64,000 bases of DNA from contig CAVWCW010000029.1 of NCBI GenBank assembly GCA_963753615.1, positions 1,418 to 65,417 of the forward strand, read 5' to 3'. This document shows positions 10,216 to 19,559 of this stretch, piece after piece. Within the stretch, counting starts at the first letter, position 1. Each line of letters opens with the position of its first letter. A program made the translations under genes and the position numbers. This DNA comes from an uncultured Gammaproteobacteria bacterium. GTDB lineage: Bacteria > Pseudomonadota > Gammaproteobacteria > Chromatiales > Chromatiaceae. Below the pieces are notes generated by a model. It made no database searches. It saw only the letters and a list, made by a program, of their open reading frames with translations, and was not told the DNA's origin.

Positions 10216-11363
10216 TCCAGCGCCTCCTCGCCGCTCGGTGCGTATAGCAGCCCGGACAGCCCGCCCTGCTCATGGGCATCGCGAACCCGAGCCTTGAGAA
10301 AATACCTGTCGATCATCGTCTCTACCCAGGTATTCACGCCATTTTCCCAACGCTCATCCATTTCGGCGCTGAAGCTCATGCTGGACAGCGAATCGGTCTC
10401 CACTTCCAGGGGGGTTCCCAACCATTCCGCGATCTGCGAGGCACTTTGTTCCGGGTGCTCGCCAATGAACCGGTTGGCGTGCTGCAACAATTGGAATAGC
10501 GCCGAGGCGATTTCGGGCTGGGAATCGAGAAATAACTGCTGGGCGGCGACCGCACAGCAAGGGTAGTTTCGCCATTTCCCCTCGGGCGGTAACTCGCTCA
10601 ATCGGGCTACCAGCTTGCCGGCATCTTGATAGCGGGCCTGGGCCAGGAACGGCTGGTTGACCACGAAGCCGTCGATGAGCCCATTCTGCAGCGCCGGGAT
10701 CAGATTTTTCGGGCCATAAAGATTGACCAGGATGATATCCACGGTATCGTCGTCGAGCGTCTGACTGTAGCGGATACCGGAGGCATCGAGGGCCTGTTCG
10801 AAGATCAGATTCTGCACCGACATTGCGATCTTGTAACCGATGCGCAGCGGTTTACGATGCTCGCGCATATAGGTTAAGAACCCGTCCCAATCATCGATCG
10901 GCAGGTCCTGGCGCAGGATCAGACCGGCGCCCTCGAAGTTGGCCGGCGACACGATTTTGATGGGACTGCCCTGGTCGATGAGCAGGAGCATCGCCGGCAC
11001 ACCGCCAAAGCTGAGGTCGAATTGATCCTCGGCCAGCTTGCGGATCAGTTCTATGCCGCCGGTACTCGAGTCGATCACCACCCGTGCAATGCCCTTTCCC
11101 GCAGCGATCAGTTCGTACTCTCTGCGATACTCCAGCGGTTTCAACCAGACACCCAGATGCTCGCGGAAGTAATCCGGATTCGAAGCGGCGATGTAGAGCG
11201 GGGAATGGTGGTCGTGGGGGGCATGCCCGACCCGGACAACGGGCAGTGACTTTTCCTGCAGTTCGCAGGAGGCCGTGAACACTAAGGCTGCGACCAACCA
11301 CCACCGGAGGAACAATGGTGAAACTGGAGAGGTTCTGCGACAACGAATAGGCCAGTACCGCAC
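10212..11363 (-). CDS. Periplasmic substrate-binding protein (NMT1/ABC nitrate-sulfonate-bicarbonate SBP-like), probably a sensor partner of the kinase
   Basis: Lipoprotein-like leader (LVFTASC). VRVGHAPHDHHSPLYIAA...FDLSFGGVPAMLLLIDQGSPIKIVSPANFEGAGLILR resembles SBP type 2 folds. The gene is translationally coupled to the downstream kinase. The start codon (GTG at 11363) is uncertain. Confidence 0.7.
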   Translation of the reverse strand: MRYWPIRCRRTSPVSPLFLRWWLVAALVFTASCELQEKSLPVVRVGHAPHDHHSPLYIAASNPDYFREHLGVWLKPLEYRREYELIAAGKGIARVVIDSSTGGIELIRKLAEDQFDLSFGGVPAMLLLIDQGSPIKIVSPANFEGAGLILRQDLPIDDWDGFLTYMREHRKPLRIGYKIAMSVQNLIFEQALDASGIRYSQTLDDDTVDIILVNLYGPKNLIPALQNGLIDGFVVNQPFLAQARYQDAGKLVARLSELPPEGKWRNYPCCAVAAQQLFLDSQPEIASALFQLLQHANRFIGEHPEQSASQIAEWLGTPLEVETDSLSSMSFSAEMDERWENGVNTWVETMIDRYFLKARVRDAHEQGGLSGLLYAPSGEEALD

Positions 11364-11694
11364 GGTCGTACCTCCTTAATCGAAACCCGGGTTCGGTTTT
11401 CGTTCTCGGTCAAATCCGATAGCGGGTCAAGCCGGTCGTCATCCCGCGCGGATCGCCAACTGGCTGCGGCTGGCTGGAGGGTGCGAGAAATTCATCGGCG
11501 AAAAGGCGTTCTATTTTTCTCGATTGTAACATTCCGCCGTTACGAGGTGGCCGCGGGGCTCGGCCGGGCCCTTGCGTAGTGGGTTTAATGCAGCCCCGCA
11601 ATCCACCGGGGTCCCGCCGCGCGACCGGAGAACGCGATTAATGACAACGCCGGAGCCTATGGCTTTTCTTGGAGTTTGGCGCAGCTTACGGATC

Positions 11695-14600
11695 TCAAGC
11701 CGCTTCGCGCAAACCCGCCAACAGTTCCCCCAGTTCGGACACTCTGGGCTTGACCAGCCAGAAACGCCCGGCATACCGCCCGAAGTCCTGCACCAGTTCC
11801 CGTCCCCAGGGGCTCCCGGTGGCGGCCGTATAGTGGCGCAGCAGGCGGCGCAGGGCCTCCCGGTGGGGTTCGGTGGCCTCGGTGATGATGCGCTGGATAT
11901 CCACTAACTCGTGATTGTAGCGATCGGCGAAGTCGCCCGCTTGGTCGAGCAACATGGCGGCGCCCCCGGTCATGCCGGCGCCGAAATTGCAGCCGGCCGG
12001 GCCGAGGACTACCACCAGGCCCCCGGTCATATATTCGCAGCCATGATCCCCGATCCCTTCCACCACCGCGATGGCGCCGGAGTTCCTGACCGCGAAGCGC
12101 TCCCCCGCCTGGCCGGCGGCATAGAGCCTGCCACCGGTGGCGCCGTAAAGGCAGGTGTTGCCCAGGATGACGTTGTCGCGGCCCGCGAACGGGCTGTCCG
12201 GCGGCGGATACAGCACAATGCGCCCCCCGGCCATGCCCTTGCCGACGTAGTCGTTGGCATCGCCTTCCAGATACAGGTGCAGACCGCCGGTGTTCCAGGC
12301 GCCCAGGCTCTGGCCCGCGCTGCCTTGGAGCCGAATGCGGATCGGGTTGTCCTCCTGTCCCTGGTTGCCGTGACGCCGGGCGATCTCGCCGGCCAGGCGG
12401 GCTCCGATCGAGCGGTTGTGGTTGCCGATCGCATAGCTGAACGCCCCGCCGCGTCCCGCTTCGATGGCTTTGCCGCAGTCCGAAAGCATGCGCTCGGCCA
12501 GCTCGCCGCGGTCGAAAGACGGATTGCGCGCCTGCCGGCAACTGCGCGGGGCGTCGTCGCAAGCACCGCCGGAGTCCAACAGGGGGGCGAGGTCGAGCCG
12601 TGCCCGCTTGGGGCCTTCGCCGAGGTGGATCTCCAGCAACTCCGTGCGTCCGATCAACTCGCCGAGGCTGCGCACCCCGAGTTCAGCCAGGTGTTCGCGC
12701 ACCTCTTCGGCCAGGGCGCGGAAGAAACCCATCACCCGCTCGGCCTCGCCGCGGAAGTGCCCGCGCAGCAGCTCGTGCTGGGTTGCGACCCCCGTGGCGC
12801 AGTTATTGAGGTGGCAGATGCGCAGGTACTTGCAGCCCATGGCCACCAGGGCGGCAGTGCCGAAGCCGTAGCTTTCGGCCCCCAGCAGGGCCGCCTTGAC
12901 CACGTCCAGGCCGGTCTTCAGGCCGCCGTCGGTCTGCAGCCGCACCCGCCCCCGCAGTCCGTTGCGGCGCAGGGTCTGCTGGGTCTCGGCCAAGCCCAGT
13001 TCCCAGGGGCCGCCGGCATAGCGCACCGAACTAAGGGGGCTGGCGCCGGTGCCGCCGTCGTGGCCGGAGATGGTGATCTGATCCGCATAGGCCTTGGCCA
13101 CCCCCGCGGCCACGGTGCCCACCCCGGGTTCGGCCACCAGCTTGACCGAAACCCAGGCATCGGGGTTGACCTGCTTGAGGTCGAAGATGAGCTGCGCCAG
13201 ATCCTCGATCGAGTAGATGTCGTGGTGGGGCGGCGGCGAGATCAGGGGGGTGCCCGGGCGGGTGTAGCGCAGGCGGGCAATCAGCTCGTTGACCTTGGCC
13301 CCGGCCAGTTGGCCGCCTTCCCCCGGCTTGGCGCCTTGGGCGATCTTGATCTGCAGCACCTCGGCATTGACGAGATACTCGGGGGTGACGCCGAAGCGCC
13401 CGGAGGCCACCTGCTTGATCTTCGATACCCGCTCGCTGCGGTAGCGGGCCGGGTCCTCGCCGCCCTCCCCGGAATTGGAGCGCCCGCCGAGACGGTTCAT
13501 AGCCAGGGCCAAGGTCTCGTGGGCCTCCGGCGACAGGGCCCCCAGGGACATGGCGCCGGTCTCGAACCGGGGCAGGATCGCCTCCACCGGCTCCACTTGG
13601 TCCAGCGCCAGGGGCCGGGCCGCCGGGCGCAGCCACAGCAGATCGCGCAGAGCGGTGGGCGGACGCTGGTTGACCAGCCGGGCGTAGCGGCGGTAGCGCT
13701 CGGGGTCGTCGCCGGCCACCGCCTGGTGCAGGGCCTGGACCACGTCCGGATTGAAGGCGTGGTATTCGCCGCCGTGCACGTACTTGAGCAGGCCGCCGGG
13801 GGACAGGGGCGCCTGGGGCCGCCAGGCCTGGCGGCTGAGCTCCGCCTGCTCCGCTTCGAGTTCGTCGAAGCCCGCCCCACCGATTCGCGACGGGGTACCG
13901 GCGAAGCACAGATCGACAATCTCGGGATGCAGGCCCACCGCCTCGAACAGCTGGGCCCCGCGGTAGCTGGCGATGCTGGAGATGCCCATCTTGGAGAGGA
14001 TCTTGCGCAGCCCCTGGTTGATGCCCTGACGGTATTTGGCCATGGCATCAACCCCGAACCGGGCCAGGCAGGCATAGGCCAGGTAGGGGTAGACGGCGGT
14101 GGCGCCGTATCCGATCAGCGCCGCGAACTGGTGCGGGTTGATGGCGCAGCCGGTCTCCAGCAGCAGATTGGCGTCGCAACGCAGGCCCTCGCGGATCAGC
14201 CGCTGGTGCACCGCCCCGACGGCCATAAGCGCATGCATGGGCAAGCGCTCGGCGGCGATCTCCCGATCCGACAGCAGCAGCAGTGTGCGCCCTCCGCGCA
14301 CCGCCGCGGTGGCCTGACTGCACAGGGCGCCGATGGCCTCGGCCAAGCCCTGGCCACGAGGGTAGTTGAGGTTGAGCCGGGCATAGGCGTAACGCGGGTC
14401 GTTCTGCAAGCGAATGCGGTTGAACTTGCCGGCCGACAGCACCGGGCTGGCCAGCACCAGGCGGGCGGCGTGCTCTGTGTCTTCGAAAAACAGGTTCTGC
14501 TCGCGGCCAAGGCAGGTCTCCAGGGACATGACGATGGACTCTCGCAGGGAGTCGATCGGCGGGTTGGTTACTTGGGCAAACTGCTGGCGGAAGTAGTCGA

Positions 14601-16113
14601 ACAGGGACCGCGGCTGAGCCGAGAGCACCGCCAGCGGGGTATCGTCGCCCATCGATCCCAGAGGCTCCTTGGCGTTCTCCCCCAGGGCCCGCAGCACCTG
14701 CTCGAGCTCCTCCAGGCTCAGGCCAAAGGTCTTCTGGTAGCGCATCAGCTCGGACTCCGGCAGGCGCACACTGTCCAGCCCCTCGGGTTCGTCCAGGCAG
14801 GCGTCCAGGCGTCGGGCGTGGGCCTGCAGCCAGGCCTTGTAGGGCCGGCGCCGGGCCAGCCGGGCATCGACATCCGCCGGCAGCAGCAACGCACCCTTGT
14901 CGGTATCCACCGCCAACATCTCGCCGGGCTTGAGCCGGCCCTTGCGGACGATCTGATCTGGCTCGACCGGGCACAGGCCGACTTCGGAACCGAGCAGGAT
15001 ACGGCGGTCCTCGGTGATCCAATAGCGGGCCGGCCGGAGGCCGTTGCGGTCCATGACGCAAGCCCCGTAGCGGCCGTCGGTGAGCACGATGCCGGCAGGC
15101 CCGTCCCAGGGCTCCATGTGCATGGAGTGATACTCGTAGAAGGCGCGCAGGTCCGGGTCGATGCCGGGCTGGTTCTGCCAGGCCGGGGGGATCAGCAGAC
15201 GCATGGCGCGGAACAGGTCCATACCCCCCATCACCAGTGCCTCCAGCATATTGTCCAGGCTGCAGGAGTCGGAGCCGGTCATGGAGACCCAGGGCCGGAT
15301 ATCCTCCATATCGCGGATGTGAGGGGACTTGAACTTGTAGGACCGGGCTTGGGCCCAGTTGCGGTTGCCCTGGATGCTGTTGAGCTCTCCGTTGTGGGCC
15401 AGGAAACGGAACGGCTGGGCCAGACGCCATTCGGGCCAGGTGTTGGTGGAGAAACGCTGGTGGAACACCGCCAGGGCCGAGGCCAGGCGCGGATTCTGCA
15501 GATCCGGGTAAAAAGACGGCAGATTGCGCGGCAGCACCAAGCCCTTGTAGGCGATCACCCGGCACGACAGGCTGGCAACGTAGAAGTAATGATCCTGATG
15601 GTGGATCGCCTTGCGGCAGCGCTGACGGGCCAGGTAGAGGCGGCGTTCGAGTTCGGCCGGCGCCATCCCCTCCGGGGCGTTGACGAACAACTGCTCGATG
15701 ATCGGCAGACCCTTCAGGGCCTGGGGGCCGCAGGCCTCCGAATCCAGGGGCACCGGACGCCAGCCCAGGGGGCGCAGGCCGGTACGTTCCAGCTCTTCCG
15801 TTAGCAGCAGCCGGGCCGCCCCGGCCCATTCGGCCTCAGGGTGAAGAAATACCATGCCCACGCCGAAGCGCTCGCCAAGATGCAGGCCGCGCTCGCCCGC
15901 CAGCTCGCGCAGAAACCCCTCTGGCAGCTTGAGCAGCAGGCCGCAACCGTCTCCGCTCTTGCCGTCGGCATCCACCGCGCCGCGATGGGTCAGACGCGAC
16001 AGGGCGCCGACGGCGTTGCGCACCAGCTGGTGGCTGGGCTCGCCGTCCATCTGCGCCAGCAGGCCGAAGCCGCAGCTAGCATGGTCGAAATCTGGAGCGT
16101 AGAGGCCTGGCAT
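11695..16113 (-). CDS. gltB: Glutamate synthase large subunit
   Basis: MPGLYAPDFDHASCGFGLLAQMDG is the Ntn amidotransferase N-terminus. The ORF is continuous and about 1470 aa, with FMN/3Fe-4S and GXGXG C-terminal domain signatures (LYGATGGRLYAAGQAGERFAVRNSGA). I chose the ATG at 16113 rather than the ORF-track start at 16191. Confidence 0.95.
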   Translation of the reverse strand: MPGLYAPDFDHASCGFGLLAQMDGEPSHQLVRNAVGALSRLTHRGAVDADGKSGDGCGLLLKLPEGFLRELAGERGLHLGERFGVGMVFLHPEAEWAGAARLLLTEELERTGLRPLGWRPVPLDSEACGPQALKGLPIIEQLFVNAPEGMAPAELERRLYLARQRCRKAIHHQDHYFYVASLSCRVIAYKGLVLPRNLPSFYPDLQNPRLASALAVFHQRFSTNTWPEWRLAQPFRFLAHNGELNSIQGNRNWAQARSYKFKSPHIRDMEDIRPWVSMTGSDSCSLDNMLEALVMGGMDLFRAMRLLIPPAWQNQPGIDPDLRAFYEYHSMHMEPWDGPAGIVLTDGRYGACVMDRNGLRPARYWITEDRRILLGSEVGLCPVEPDQIVRKGRLKPGEMLAVDTDKGALLLPADVDARLARRRPYKAWLQAHARRLDACLDEPEGLDSVRLPESELMRYQKTFGLSLEELEQVLRALGENAKEPLGSMGDDTPLAVLSAQPRSLFDYFRQQFAQVTNPPIDSLRESIVMSLETCLGREQNLFFEDTEHAARLVLASPVLSAGKFNRIRLQNDPRYAYARLNLNYPRGQGLAEAIGALCSQATAAVRGGRTLLLLSDREIAAERLPMHALMAVGAVHQRLIREGLRCDANLLLETGCAINPHQFAALIGYGATAVYPYLAYACLARFGVDAMAKYRQGINQGLRKILSKMGISSIASYRGAQLFEAVGLHPEIVDLCFAGTPSRIGGAGFDELEAEQAELSRQAWRPQAPLSPGGLLKYVHGGEYHAFNPDVVQALHQAVAGDDPERYRRYARLVNQRPPTALRDLLWLRPAARPLALDQVEPVEAILPRFETGAMSLGALSPEAHETLALAMNRLGGRSNSGEGGEDPARYRSERVSKIKQVASGRFGVTPEYLVNAEVLQIKIAQGAKPGEGGQLAGAKVNELIARLRYTRPGTPLISPPPHHDIYSIEDLAQLIFDLKQVNPDAWVSVKLVAEPGVGTVAAGVAKAYADQITISGHDGGTGASPLSSVRYAGGPWELGLAETQQTLRRNGLRGRVRLQTDGGLKTGLDVVKAALLGAESYGFGTAALVAMGCKYLRICHLNNCATGVATQHELLRGHFRGEAERVMGFFRALAEEVREHLAELGVRSLGELIGRTELLEIHLGEGPKRARLDLAPLLDSGGACDDAPRSCRQARNPSFDRGELAERMLSDCGKAIEAGRGGAFSYAIGNHNRSIGARLAGEIARRHGNQGQEDNPIRIRLQGSAGQSLGAWNTGGLHLYLEGDANDYVGKGMAGGRIVLYPPPDSPFAGRDNVILGNTCLYGATGGRLYAAGQAGERFAVRNSGAIAVVEGIGDHGCEYMTGGLVVVLGPAGCNFGAGMTGGAAMLLDQAGDFADRYNHELVDIQRIITEATEPHREALRRLLRHYTAATGSPWGRELVQDFGRYAGRFWLVKPRVSELGELLAGLREAA

Positions 16114-16744
16114 ACGGGATCGACTCCGACGAGTCAAGGGCATCATTTCCAGTATAGCCCCCCTCGACGCCGCGCCAGGGACGCACCGCACAGGGCTTCT
16201 GCGCGCACAACCGCTTTCCGGGATCTTTGTAAGGCTCAGCGGACAGGTCTCGCGGCCTGGCAGGGGTCGATTGGAACCACCGCTTCCGCCATGAGGACGG
16301 TGCCCGCCCGCGGGCGCGGGATGACCCGCTCGCCCGGCGCATTTCCGGGTAACTCCAAGAATCTTCCTACGGAAATTCCAGAAATTTCCGGCAGGTGTCG
16401 TTTGAACATGCTGGCATGCTTGACCCTGTTCGGTTTCGGCGCACCGGGTGCGATATCAGAGACGAGCCGCTGAACGCCTGCCCGCGGATGCAGTATTTTG
16501 CTGGATTGTCTTCCATCGACTCGCGTTCAAGCCTGGCCGGCGAGGGTTGAAGTTTTCGCGAGCAGGCTTGCGGGCCGCAGGATTGCGGACGTCGGGCGCC
16601 CTCCGGAATGCCGTTTGCGGGGGCTGCTATCCCCCGGTAGTTCCCCGGGGAACCCAAACGCAGGCCAAGCCGACCGCTGATTGGAACAGCAATGTCGCCG
16701 AGGCAATCTCGGCACATCAGACAAGAGGGATTTGCGGTGGACAC

Positions 16745-17506
16745 GACTTCCCCGGCGACGGCACCGAGCACGTGGAAGTCCAGGCCGGCAACGGTACCAC
16801 CCTGACTGATGAGGTGCACTTCATCGGTTATCCCCGAACCGTGACCGAGGCACGGCTATACTATGTCCACGATGACCACCTCGGCACCCCGCGGGCGGTG
16901 ACCGACGAGGAGAAGACGTTGGTTTGGCTTTGCGAATCGGATCCGTTCGGCACCACCCCCGCCCAGGTGGCGGATCAGGACGGGACCGTATTCCTGTTCA
17001 ATCTGCGGTTTCCGGGGCAGTACTTCGACGAATAGTCGGGGCTGCATTGCAACTACTTCAGGTATTTCGATCCAAGTACCGGACGTTACATAACATCCGC
17101 TCCCCTCGGCTTACAAGGCGGCTTGTATACCTATCTTTGCGTCAATGCAAACCCGTTAAGGTTCACAGATCCAAGGGGGTTGGACAATGTTCGTTGTACT
17201 ACTGATCCTCTGACCATAGATGGTCGCTGCAAGCAAATATGCCGTCCAATACATGACAAGTGCTATGACGACAATAGTTGTACAGCAGATTCATGGACCA
17301 GTGATAGCGGTTGCGATGCGGAAGCATGTGATAACTGCAATAAGGAAGGGGCAACGTGTTTTGTTTGGTGTGATCAGGCCGAGCCAATGGGTATAGCGCC
17401 CGAGCCCGGAACCCCTGAGGACTATTGTCCTGCGAAGCACAGACACATGAAGATCCCTGGCGATTTCCCAACTGTTGAAGCTGCAAAAGCAGTTTGCGGG
17501 AGTTAA
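16745..17506 (+). pseudogene. Orphan Rhs/YD-repeat core tip plus a variable Cys-rich C-terminal (toxin-like) domain, with an in-frame TAG at 17033-17035
   Basis: RLYYVHDDHLGTPRAVTDEEKTLVWLCESDPFGTT...NLRFPGQYFDE-stop-SGLHCNYFRYFDPSTGRYITSAPLGLQGGLYTYLCVNANPLRFTDPRGL is the conserved RHS core end with the DPxGL demarcation motif (ending at 17182). A 107-aa domain with 12 Cys follows. No upstream YD-repeat body or PAAR/VgrG is present. The 5' boundary is uncertain. Confidence 0.75.
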
Positions 17507-17509
17507 ACT

Positions 17510-17842
17510 ATGAATCAGTCAATAGGTATTGCTGTAACCGCTGCTTCTGCGATCGTGGTCTTTTTCCTCCATACGGTGCTCAAGGCCGAAGTAATCCCAC
17601 TGGTTTTGCTCTTGCTTTCGGCTGTTCTTGTTGTATTGGATTATCCTAGGCGATATTATTATTTTACCGGCTTGGTGCTGTACCCATTGATCACAACGAC
17701 AAGTATTGCAACAGTTCGCGACCAGTCTCTATACCCGATCGTCATATTCTATGAACTATCGATGGTTGCGATGATATTGTTCGGCACGTTTTTGGGGATA
17801 AAAGTAAAGCGCTGGATTGAAGCCATGAATGCGAAAAGCTGA
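17510..17842 (+). CDS. Small polytopic membrane protein, candidate cognate immunity protein
   Basis: The ATG lies 3 nt after the toxin-domain stop. The 110-aa product has about 3-4 hydrophobic helices (IAVTAASAIVVFFLHTV, IPLVLLLLSAVLVVL, MVAMILFGTFLGI). The gene is AT-rich like the rest of the island. Confidence 0.55.
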   Translation: MNQSIGIAVTAASAIVVFFLHTVLKAEVIPLVLLLLSAVLVVLDYPRRYYYFTGLVLYPLITTTSIATVRDQSLYPIVIFYELSMVAMILFGTFLGIKVKRWIEAMNAKS

Positions 17843-18037
17843 TTACTATGTTTAGCAGCAAGAGCACTGCGGTCACGCATTGGGGTCACAGCATTCGCAG
17901 CAATCGGGTCAGGTCAGGTCTCTACCCCACCGTGAGTCGGTCCGTGAATAATAGGGGACGACAGGGGACGGACCACGTTTCTTAGAGGATTAATGCGGAA
18001 CGTTCTATAATACCCCGCCTCTACTACCCAGAACGCT

Positions 18038-18451
18038 ATGACAGATGAGATGAAAAGCAGAATACTTGATGCTGCGATCATCGTCGTGAGATGTTGCGGG
18101 GCAATTTTTAGTTCCTATCTGATCTTATTGGGGCTTATGCTGATCATTGGCGGCCCGGATGGAGGCGCCCCTCTCGAATCGAGGATAATTGGCGCTTATT
18201 ATTTTACCTACAGTTTAATTTGTGCTTTTTGTTTGTTCGTGAAGTACCGATTTATTCTAAACAAGATTCGCCAATTTTCGTTTCTTTATGCTCTTTTATT
18301 TTTCCCTCTGGCTTTTCTTTTGTATAAAGACCATGATACTATAACGATCTCGCCAAGCCCTTTTGTTGCTTATATTAGTGCGGTTGCAGTTTTCGCTCTT
18401 GTACTGACCCGATCAGGTTGGACAAAAGGGAATCGCCGATCAAATCTCTGA
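18038..18451 (+). CDS. Small polytopic membrane protein (immunity-like, orphan)
   Basis: 137 aa with about 4 predicted TM helices (AIFSSYLILLGLMLIIGG, YYFTYSLICAFCLFV, FLYALLFFPLAFLLY, AYISAVAVFALVL). It lies in the AT-rich island. Confidence 0.5.
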   Translation: MTDEMKSRILDAAIIVVRCCGAIFSSYLILLGLMLIIGGPDGGAPLESRIIGAYYFTYSLICAFCLFVKYRFILNKIRQFSFLYALLFFPLAFLLYKDHDTITISPSPFVAYISAVAVFALVLTRSGWTKGNRRSNL

Positions 18452-18687
18452 CCGGGAAAGCGGAGCACCTGAGAAGTAGTATTTTCCGCTGCGGCAAAGA
18501 AAAACATGGAAGCTTTGTGCATCAAGGCCAGGACTATTACTCGACCTACGGAAATGGACTGCGGTGGTACTTCGGAGGCCATATTTTCATGGGTATGATC
18601 CCAGACAACAATCAAACGCCCGAGATGATGGTCGATGACTGGACTAAGATTTGGTTAAGGAAATGGGGCAATTCTTGCGAAGGATAG
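18418..18687 (+). other. Possible orphan toxin C-terminal fragment lacking a proper start
   Basis: The ORF has only a non-ATG start and overlaps the previous gene. The product is soluble (GSFVHQGQDYYSTYGNGLRWYFGGHIFMGMIPDNN...). Another small membrane-protein gene follows directly, as in Rhs/CDI orphan toxin-immunity arrays. Confidence 0.25.
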
Positions 18688-18708
18688 TAATAGCTCAGAC
18701 CTGTAGAA

Positions 18709-19116
18709 ATGCCAATCTATTTTGAAGAACATGAAACCACTCTTACCAGAGCGACGAAGGTGGCTTCAGTTGTTCTCGGGGTCTTCTTTCTCGTCTATGG
18801 AGGTATCGCGGGATTAGCTGGTGCTGACCCAGAGGGAGCGCTGGGATTTCCGGTGAGGCTGCTTGGCGTGCTGGTGTTTCTTGTTGGAATGATATTCATT
18901 CTTCCCAATCGCGCCCTTGATAGGGTCAAGTGGATCTTTTACGCTTCTGTAGCGCTGGTGTTCGCATCTTCTGCGATAATGTTGTTTCTTATGTTTCTTG
19001 ACGACGTATCAATGGTAGCCGGATACGCGGTATATGGAATGATTGTTCTTTTATCGGCAGCCGCGATCACGTCTTTTTACGGATATAAACAAGGGCGAGA
19101 AGTATCTGACAGATAG
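18709..19116 (+). CDS. Small polytopic membrane protein (immunity-like, orphan)
   Basis: 135 aa with 4 hydrophobic helices (VASVVLGVFFLVYGGIAGLAG, LLGVLVFLVGMIFIL, IFYASVALVFASSAIMLFLMF, MIVLLSAAAITSFYG). Confidence 0.5.
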   Translation: MPIYFEEHETTLTRATKVASVVLGVFFLVYGGIAGLAGADPEGALGFPVRLLGVLVFLVGMIFILPNRALDRVKWIFYASVALVFASSAIMLFLMFLDDVSMVAGYAVYGMIVLLSAAAITSFYGYKQGREVSDR

Positions 19117-19139
19117 CCCAAAGCCCCCGGACACTAAGT

Positions 19140-19385
19140 AGCGTTGCCCTCATTGCGAAAGACCTTGGCCAACTGATCCCGCTTGAGCAGGTGCGGGGTT
19201 TTTCAGATCGTGCTGTCGTAAGGGTTCCTGTCCACCAAGCAATCGATTCCGAGGGACCGGCAGTACCAGGGCACTTGATTCCGCGCCTGCTCGAGAGCCG
19301 GATCCGGCTGGTTGAACAGGTGTTTCAGCAGATGGATGCGCAGTATTTTTTCCGGCGCTACCCGCCGTCGTCCACGGCGTTCCAT
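19140..19385 (-). mobile_element. IS5-family transposase N-terminal remnant (truncated, with an internal stop)
   Basis: RGRRRVAPEKILRIHLLKHLFNQPDPALEQARNQVPWYCRSLGID...NPYDSTI-stop-KTPHLLKRDQLAKVF matches the InsH-type N-terminal domain pattern (LRIHxLQxxFNLSDPxxEExL...PDxSTIxxFRHLLE). No DDE catalytic domain follows. Confidence 0.6.
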
Positions 19386-19472
19386 GAGAAATGAAGCGGT
19401 CAGGTCTTTCTTTGTGCACAGTCAATAATACGCAGAAAAATAGGCTCTTCGACGACCCGAGTGGAATTCAGA

Positions 19473-19548
19473 GAATTACGGTGACAGTATACTAAATATG
19501 TTTATTGAAGCGGCATATTTGGTGTATTTGATATACTGTCACCGTTAT
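19473..19548. repeat. 76-bp near-perfect palindrome (18-bp arms with 1 mismatch, perfect over 14 bp, plus an inner 7-bp inverted repeat)
   Basis: ACGGTGACAGTATA at 19477-19490 and TATACTGTCACCGT at 19531-19544. The inner repeat is AAATATG...CATATTT. The palindrome sits between the two IS remnants. Confidence 0.8.
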
Positions 19549-19559
19549 TGCGTTTTTCA

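Noticed and set aside
11911-15804. 1297-aa ORF on the plus strand
   Set aside because: It is entirely antisense to gltB. The composition is Ala/Gly/Arg/Pro-rich and low-complexity, typical of shadow ORFs in high-GC DNA. The gltB frame has unmistakable family motifs.
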